This document shows, one piece after another, positions 45,265 to 50,320 of a DNA stretch of 50,320 bases; positions within the stretch are counted from its first letter, which is position 1; each line of letters starts with the position of its first letter. This stretch comes from Candidatus Parcubacteria bacterium. GTDB taxonomy: Bacteria > Patescibacteriota > Minisyncoccia > Phycocordibacterales > JAACPR01. The DNA lies in NCBI GenBank assembly GCA_009995365.1, contig JAACPR010000004.1, positions 1 through 50,320 on the forward strand. Reading direction: 5' to 3'. A program made the position numbers and the translations under genes. The notes beneath the pieces are model-generated. The model saw only the letters and a program-made list of their open reading frames with translations. It was not told where the DNA came from and made no database searches.

Positions 45265-46827
45265 ATGCAAAAAAGATATATTAAATTACAAAAAACAGAA
45301 TGTGAAAAAACTATTAAATATATGGTTGATAACTACGGAATACCTAAATTAATTGATAGGTTAAATTTGTATATATATAATGAAAAAAACAAAGAACTAC
45401 AAATTAAATTTAAAAATAAAAACATTTTTTTCAAAGAAAATAGTTTAAATGATGCTTACGGGTGGGTAGAATTGAAAAATAGATCAATTAAATCTTTTTT
45501 TCAAACACTATATAATCTAGGTTTTAAGGAATTTATTTTTGGTAGATCTGAAACAATAGAATTCGAGATGGGATCTAAATTAGTTGGATCAATTTTTAAA
45601 GAATCTTTGAAGGGGTCTTTTATAGAGTTTGAATATACATCTGAAGATTCTGAAAGAAATATAGAAGAATTATTAAATAAACTAAATATAAATAATAATC
45701 AAATATATAATACAGAATCATTTTCAAAAATAAAAACAAACAAAGAATTAGAAAAAGAAAACCTTTTTGATAATACAAAAAGGTTAAATAAGCATATTCG
45801 AGAATATTGTGTTCAACATGGAGTAGAGATTCGTACAGATAGCTTGACTTTACAAAGCAGATTAGAGGGGGTAAGTAATGATTATTCTTATCTAGAAAAA
45901 TCTTTTAATGATTTAACAGGCATCTCTTTAGTTGATGGAAATTTACCTAGGATAAATAACAATTTTATTGAAGAGGGTATTTCCATAATCATACCTTCTT
46001 ATAATTCACACGATAAATTAGAATATACATTAAGATCTATAAATTCACAAGATTTAAATTCTAAACAATTTAAATCAATTGAGGTTATTGTTGTTGATGA
46101 TTTTTCTGAAATTAATACAGAAGTTATTATTAATAAATTAAAATTAAAATTTAATTGTAAGTCTATTCGCTTAAATCAAAACATGGATGTTGCATTTGCA
46201 CGTAATATAGGAGCTTCTGCCTCATCTTACGAAAAGCTTATATTTTTAGATTCAGATATATTAATATCTAAAAATTACATAAGTAATATGTATTACAGAC
46301 TTTCTGTAATACCCAATGCCGTGTTTACTACTTTTAGAAAAAATATTAAACTAGATGATTTTGTACTTAAAAAAATTAATAAAGGATTAGATAATCCTAA
46401 AGAAATAGACGATTCTCGTATTAGTAATAAAACTAAGCCAGAACAGGTAGGTTGGGAAGAAGATAATAAAGAGGTTAGGCAATTTAATATTTTTGATGAT
46501 ACTGATGGTTTTAAAAATCTAGGTTTTGGAGCAAGTGTCGGGGTTTATGATCTACCAGGAGTTTTGTCTGGTCACAACATTGCTATATCAAAAAATAATT
46601 TTCAAAAAGTGAATGGTTTCTGTACAGAATTTAAAGGTTGGGGGATTGAGGATAAATTTTTTGGATTAAGTTTAGTTACAGAAGGCAATTTCATAATACC
46701 AGTTACTTCGTCTATGGTTTATCATTTGGAATACGGACCACGAGATGGGGACTTAAATAAAAAAATAAAAGAATTAAATAATAATTATGATAAGTATAAA
46801 AAAATGCTGAAGAATATTTGGTGGTAA
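45265..46827 (+). CDS. glycosyltransferase family 2 with an uncharacterised N-terminal domain
   Basis: ISIIIPSYNSHDKLEYTLRSINSQ, VVDDFS and FLDSD are GT-A signatures in the C-terminal half. Confidence 0.75.
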   Translation: MQKRYIKLQKTECEKTIKYMVDNYGIPKLIDRLNLYIYNEKNKELQIKFKNKNIFFKENSLNDAYGWVELKNRSIKSFFQTLYNLGFKEFIFGRSETIEFEMGSKLVGSIFKESLKGSFIEFEYTSEDSERNIEELLNKLNINNNQIYNTESFSKIKTNKELEKENLFDNTKRLNKHIREYCVQHGVEIRTDSLTLQSRLEGVSNDYSYLEKSFNDLTGISLVDGNLPRINNNFIEEGISIIIPSYNSHDKLEYTLRSINSQDLNSKQFKSIEVIVVDDFSEINTEVIINKLKLKFNCKSIRLNQNMDVAFARNIGASASSYEKLIFLDSDILISKNYISNMYYRLSVIPNAVFTTFRKNIKLDDFVLKKINKGLDNPKEIDDSRISNKTKPEQVGWEEDNKEVRQFNIFDDTDGFKNLGFGASVGVYDLPGVLSGHNIAISKNNFQKVNGFCTEFKGWGIEDKFFGLSLVTEGNFIIPVTSSMVYHLEYGPRDGDLNKKIKELNNNYDKYKKMLKNIWW

Positions 46828-47019
46828 ATATTATTTGCATTATTGTAATAAATAATCATGATAAAAAGTATAATTCAAACTCGGAATCAATTAATAGAAA
46901 AAATGAAAATTGTTTACCAAGATAAGTACGCCCCAAACACTGCAAACTCTTTAGATAAGATTAAAAATCGGTTCTAAAATTGGCGGGTATGATATTCTTA
47001 AGATTAAGAAAATTTAATT

Positions 47020-47919
47020 ATGCAAGAAATAAAAAATCTAGAAATAAAAATATTGAAAGGAGAATATCGTAAAGATGAAAAACAACTAAATGAATTATTA
47101 TCAGATGATTTTGTTGAGTTTGGTGGAAAGGGAATTGAATATAATAAACAAGAAATAATCCAAGCTCTACTAAATGAAAATAATATTGAGTGGGATTTCA
47201 GAGACATGAAGCCCAAGAATATAACTGATAATGTTGTGATGATAAATTATATTGCTATTAAAAAAGAAAATGACTCTATCACAGAATCTTTAAGGACTTC
47301 TATTTGGAAAAAGTTCGGTAGTAATTATAAGATGATTTTTCATCAAGGAACTAATATAATTAAAAATATGGAATTAGGTACCAAAAAACAACCATCGTTC
47401 AAAATAGATTTTCCTAAAATAGGTGATGAAGTCGATTTGGCCCCAATGCATATTCAATCTTGGAAGGAGACTTATGTGAATCCAGAATCGGGTTTAACTG
47501 AAGAAATGGTTGATGAGAAACTTGGACATATGTTAACTAATACTGATTTTCGTCGAAATACAATTTCTGAAGCTATAAAAAAACCAGATGAGGTTTTATA
47601 TAGAGTTGTACGAAATAACGGTAATCAAATCGTGGGCTTTATGCATGGATCAAAGCATGAAGAATTTAATGAACTAGATGCAATTTATCTACTCAATGAG
47701 GTAAAAGGATCCGGGGTGTCTGGAAAACTAATGAAGGAATTTCTAGATTGGATAGATAAAAGTAAACCAACACGCCTTGAAGTATTTTCGTGTAATGAAA
47801 GAGCTATTAATTTTTATAAGAAATATGGATTTGTAAAAACAGATAAACCTGTACAGATATGGAAAGATACATTACCTTTTATTGAAATGATTAGACCTGT
47901 CGAAGAGGCTAAGGTGTAA
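47020..47919 (+). CDS. SnoaL/DUF4440-like domain fused to a GNAT acetyltransferase
   Basis: The N-terminus (LNELLSDDFVEFGGKG) is DUF4440-like. The C-terminus carries VKGSGVSGKLMKEF and AINFYKKYGF (GNAT motif A). Confidence 0.6.
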   Translation: MQEIKNLEIKILKGEYRKDEKQLNELLSDDFVEFGGKGIEYNKQEIIQALLNENNIEWDFRDMKPKNITDNVVMINYIAIKKENDSITESLRTSIWKKFGSNYKMIFHQGTNIIKNMELGTKKQPSFKIDFPKIGDEVDLAPMHIQSWKETYVNPESGLTEEMVDEKLGHMLTNTDFRRNTISEAIKKPDEVLYRVVRNNGNQIVGFMHGSKHEEFNELDAIYLLNEVKGSGVSGKLMKEFLDWIDKSKPTRLEVFSCNERAINFYKKYGFVKTDKPVQIWKDTLPFIEMIRPVEEAKV

Positions 47920-48112
47920 ATATACTATTTACAGAAAAGGAATTTCAACTCTTATTAATAAACATAAAAGATAATTTTCTACTCATTAATTTAATTTCTT
48001 TTGAAGAAAAGTTATTATGCTATTTTTGGTGGTGGGCTAGAGGAAAATGAAAGATATCACAGAAAAATAAAGAAATATTCGGTGATTTGAATTAATTTGG
48101 TAAAATAAATTA

Positions 48113-48505
48113 ATGAACAAAACCAACGAATTCTCATTTATATTAAAATCTTCGCAATATGGTGTAGGTGTTTTTGCTACACACGATATAGTTAAAGATA
48201 CGCTACTTAGATTATTTAGTGATGATAACACTTTTGAAAATAAAATTAGAATTATTGATAAAAATAAAGTTGAGAAAGAATTTCTAGATTATTGTATTGA
48301 ATTTAACGATAAGGTTTATGCCCCGAAAGATTTTGGATGTATGGAAATTGGTTGGTATTTAAATCACTCAAAAGACTTTAATGCTTATCATAAAGATTAT
48401 AATTGGTATGCCGATAGAGATATTAAAAAAGGAGAAGAAATTTTAATTGATTATAATTCTCTCGGAGAGCCAGGAGGATTAAAAGAAGAATATTATAAAA
48501 ATTAA
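48113..48505 (+). CDS. SET-domain protein (putative lysine methyltransferase)
   Basis: YGVGVFATHDI, YLNHSKDFNAY (NHS motif) and GEEILIDYN. Confidence 0.7.
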   Translation: MNKTNEFSFILKSSQYGVGVFATHDIVKDTLLRLFSDDNTFENKIRIIDKNKVEKEFLDYCIEFNDKVYAPKDFGCMEIGWYLNHSKDFNAYHKDYNWYADRDIKKGEEILIDYNSLGEPGGLKEEYYKN

Positions 48506-48506
48506 T

Positions 48507-48926
48507 ATGAAACAATTATTATTTGAAACAAAATACTGGGAAGTATATTTGGTTCCTGATCAAAAATATTTAGGTCGCTCTTTGGTTATTTTAAAAAGAG
48601 ATTGTGAACATCTGTCAGAAATTTCTAAAGAAGAGTCAGAAGATTTTTTTGAAATAGTTAAGAAAACAGAAGGACTGTTTAAAGAAAAATTTAATGCAAC
48701 GATGTTTAATTGGACTTGTTTGATGAATAATGCTTATAAAAAAGCAAATTCAGAAAAACCACAAGTACATTGGCATTGTAGGCCAAGGTATGAAGAGAGG
48801 GTTGAATTTGAAGGTAAGACTTTTTTAGATCCAAATTTTGCTCATCATTATTTAAGAGGAAAAGAGAATGAAAAAAATGTCTCTGACGAATTTTTACAAA
48901 AAATGATAGATTTTTTAAATGAATGA
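48507..48926 (+). CDS. HIT-family protein
   Basis: Histidine-triad-like QVHWHCRPRY, with typical upstream beta strands. Confidence 0.6.
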   Translation: MKQLLFETKYWEVYLVPDQKYLGRSLVILKRDCEHLSEISKEESEDFFEIVKKTEGLFKEKFNATMFNWTCLMNNAYKKANSEKPQVHWHCRPRYEERVEFEGKTFLDPNFAHHYLRGKENEKNVSDEFLQKMIDFLNE

Positions 48927-49020
48927 TAATTACTTTATGGTCCGAGAAGAGATTTTTTAGTTAAAGAATTAAAATAGGATAAAGGCGTAAATATTCAAAA
49001 TAACCAGTCTTTTTAGGTGT

Positions 49021-49082
49021 GTCGCATTTGTCGCATTTGCAAAGTACTAAATACTCAAAAAATTGGCATTTGTTGGCATTTG
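49021..49082 (+). repeat. two pairs of tandem short repeats, T(C/G)GCATTTG x4
   Basis: GTCGCATTT x2 (49021-49038) and TTGGCATTTG x2 (49063-49082), read directly. Confidence 0.7.
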
Positions 49083-49089
49083 GGACAGT

Positions 49090-49290
49090 GACCGAGACAG
49101 GTGTTTTGTGTCCCATCTGTTCCATTTATAAAATGACCCTATAGACCGAGACACGTCAGATAAGTAGTAGAAGGGAACCCAAAAGGCTTTGTGGTGTCTT
49201 GTGTATGAAGTTCACGACCTAAGTAGCTCACCAATGATCTGTACCCCAAAAAGTGGACACAGGTAGTCTCAAAAATACTAAATAGCACTT
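49090..49290 (+). repeat. diverged third copy (C) of the dispersed noncoding element
   Basis: GACCGAGAC occurs at 49090 and 49144. GCTCACCAATGATCTG (49226-) parallels GCTCACCGACATGTG of copy A. GTCTC...TAAATAGC (49266-49286) parallels GTCTCCTAAATTAGC of copy A. The alignment is by eye. Confidence 0.3.
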
Positions 49291-49335
49291 TACAAAAATA
49301 GAAAAAATTTTTGTTCCTAAAAAAACGAGATATTT

Positions 49336-49596
49336 TTACCTAAGAACAAATATAGTAAAAGCGATGAAGAAAATAATTGCGGCAACGAGATACAAAATAG
49401 ATCTCTTTCTTTTTAAGGAATAACTATCAGGCATCAATTGATATAACCAAGTTTCTATTTTTCCGGTTTTTATATTTTTTTCTCCAGTTTTGCTTGTGTG
49501 GAGCTCCTCTTCGGCTTCAAAGGTTACATCGTTGCCGCCTAATCTTTCGTCCATTTTTATTTTTTCATTTTGATCCATGCTCATATTATACAACAA
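49336..49596 (-). CDS. small membrane protein
   Basis: C-terminal TM helix ILYLVAAIIFFIAFTIFVL. Confidence 0.45.
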   Translation of the reverse strand: MLYNMSMDQNEKIKMDERLGGNDVTFEAEEELHTSKTGEKNIKTGKIETWLYQLMPDSYSLKRKRSILYLVAAIIFFIAFTIFVLR

Positions 49597-49609
49597 TTAT
49601 AAAAGCTTA

Positions 49610-50320
49610 CTAATTTTGTTTCAACCAGATGTAGATATCTTCTAATGCTTTTACGGCATCTCCGGCCGCGATGTTATTTTGATGGTATTTAACGTTTGTA
49701 ACATCCCCGGCTGCCCATACACCATTTTGGCTAGTTCTCTGCGTCCATGGGTCAATTTTGATTGTTTTATCATCATCTAAGTCAACTATATCAGCAATAA
49801 AAGAGTTTGCAGGAACGGCACCGATTTCAACAAAAATTCCTTCAACACTCATTTCTTTTTCTTCGTCTGATTCTTTGTCCTTATATTTGAAACCTGAAAC
49901 AAATTTATCGCCTAAAATTTCAGTAATATCTACATTTAATAAGAAATTAATTTTAGGATCTTTTTCCAATGCTTGAACAGTCACAGGATCACCACGAAAT
50001 TCATCACGACGATGAACGATAGTTACAGACTTTGCATAAGCAGCCAACTGAGCGGCACTCTCCAATGCAGAATTTCCACCACCGATAACAGCTACATCTT
50101 TATCAGAGAAAAGAGGCCCATCACATGTAGCACAATAGGTAAGTCCTTTGTGTTCAAGCTCGTCCGCTCCTTTGACCGGAAGGCGACGACGATTTGAACC
50201 GGTTGCTACTAGTATTGATTTTGTTTCAAATTTATCACCTTTTTTTGTCTTTATTTTGAAACCGTTGTCTGTTTTCTCGACTTTCTCGACTAGCTGACCT
50301 TTTTTGAGATCGACATATTC
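49610..50320 (-). CDS. trxB: thioredoxin-disulfide reductase, 5'-truncated by the window edge
   Basis: The frame stays open to position 50320. The extended reverse-strand translation, which I did manually, gives LVATGSNRRRLPVKGADELEHKGLTYCATCDGPLF (CATC redox centre), DVAVIGGGNSALE (NADPH site) and GVWAAGDVT. Confidence 0.9.
   Translation of the reverse strand, partial: EYVDLKKGQLVEKVEKTDNGFKIKTKKGDKFETKSILVATGSNRRRLPVKGADELEHKGLTYCATCDGPLFSDKDVAVIGGGNSALESAAQLAAYAKSVTIVHRRDEFRGDPVTVQALEKDPKINFLLNVDITEILGDKFVSGFKYKDKESDEEKEMSVEGIFVEIGAVPANSFIADIVDLDDDKTIKIDPWTQRTSQNGVWAAGDVTNVKYHQNNIAAGDAVKALEDIYIWLKQN

Noticed and set aside
47990-48090. A degenerate Nudix gene remnant (YAIFGGGLEENE in one frame, preceded by a hydrophobic beta-like stretch in another frame)
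   Set aside because: Only a partial box is present (no REL.EE continuation). It needs a frameshift and is followed by a stop. It is too weak to call.
49063-49082. A sigma54-type -24/-12 promoter, suggested by TGGCATTTGTTGGCA
   Set aside because: The GG-to-GC spacing is one nt short of the consensus. No sigma54 or enhancer-binding protein context is visible, and no downstream gene lies in the right orientation.
1-50320. Alternative genetic code with UGA read as an amino acid (code 4 or 25), prompted by the in-frame TGA at 13486-13488
   Set aside because: TGA terminates many well-supported, translationally coupled ORFs (ATGA overlaps at 987, 2592, 24172, 40432 and 41133, and the YcaO gene end). 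ORFs of about 1000 aa are uninterrupted under the standard code.

Overview
AT-rich, gene-dense bacterial window. It uses the standard genetic code: TGA closes many tightly coupled ORFs. Many genes have 1-4 nt gaps or ATGA overlaps. The style suggests a small-genome uncultivated lineage, but the taxon cannot be set from sequence alone. I support about 60 CDS and find no rRNA, complete tRNA or CRISPR array.

Layout:
- 0.1-7.5 kb: a sugar/nucleotide-modification operon (GT1, P-loop kinase, MBL hydrolase, Pol-beta nucleotidyltransferase, kinase-fold protein), then two disrupted genes (a frameshifted NTase and a tandem Nudix with an early TAA) and a small-ORF plus HEPN-like pair.
- 7.5-9.1 kb: a structured leader RNA in front of a membrane protein and an HsdR-N-like PD-(D/E)xK protein.
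- 9.1-10.8 kb: a phage-like HTH plus ParB-methyltransferase module.
- 10.9-13.8 kb: a LexA-like repressor, DUF1508 protein, class III nucleotidyl cyclase and small TM proteins, resembling a Pycsar-type defence operon.
- 13.8-17.7 kb: a visibly GC-richer island with a single-polypeptide RRE-SagB-YcaO enzyme, an HExxH peptidase and an unannotated 42-aa Cys/Ser/Gly-rich ORF. The island is bracketed by two copies of a about 130-nt noncoding element.
- 17.7-35.3 kb: a HEPN-like protein, a large serine recombinase, a SNF2 / DUF4391-like / Mod / small TM / Res / HNH operon, and a minus-strand phage-like block with a second ParB-methyltransferase module.
- 35.4-37.6 kb: TM proteins, a type IV pilin-like protein and a GC-rich PEP-CTERM protein.
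- 37.9-40.4 kb: a second copy of the structured leader in front of a NucS-like nuclease-fold protein.
- 40.4-48.9 kb: a glycan/small-molecule modification cluster (HAD, His-phosphatase, sulfotransferase-like, Nudix, GT1, P-loop, GT2, GNAT, SET, HIT).
- 48.9-49.3 kb: a repeat-rich noncoding block.
- Right edge: a partial trxB.

The most interesting items are the YcaO island with its hidden peptide and the two covarying leader RNAs with a three-way alternative pairing.
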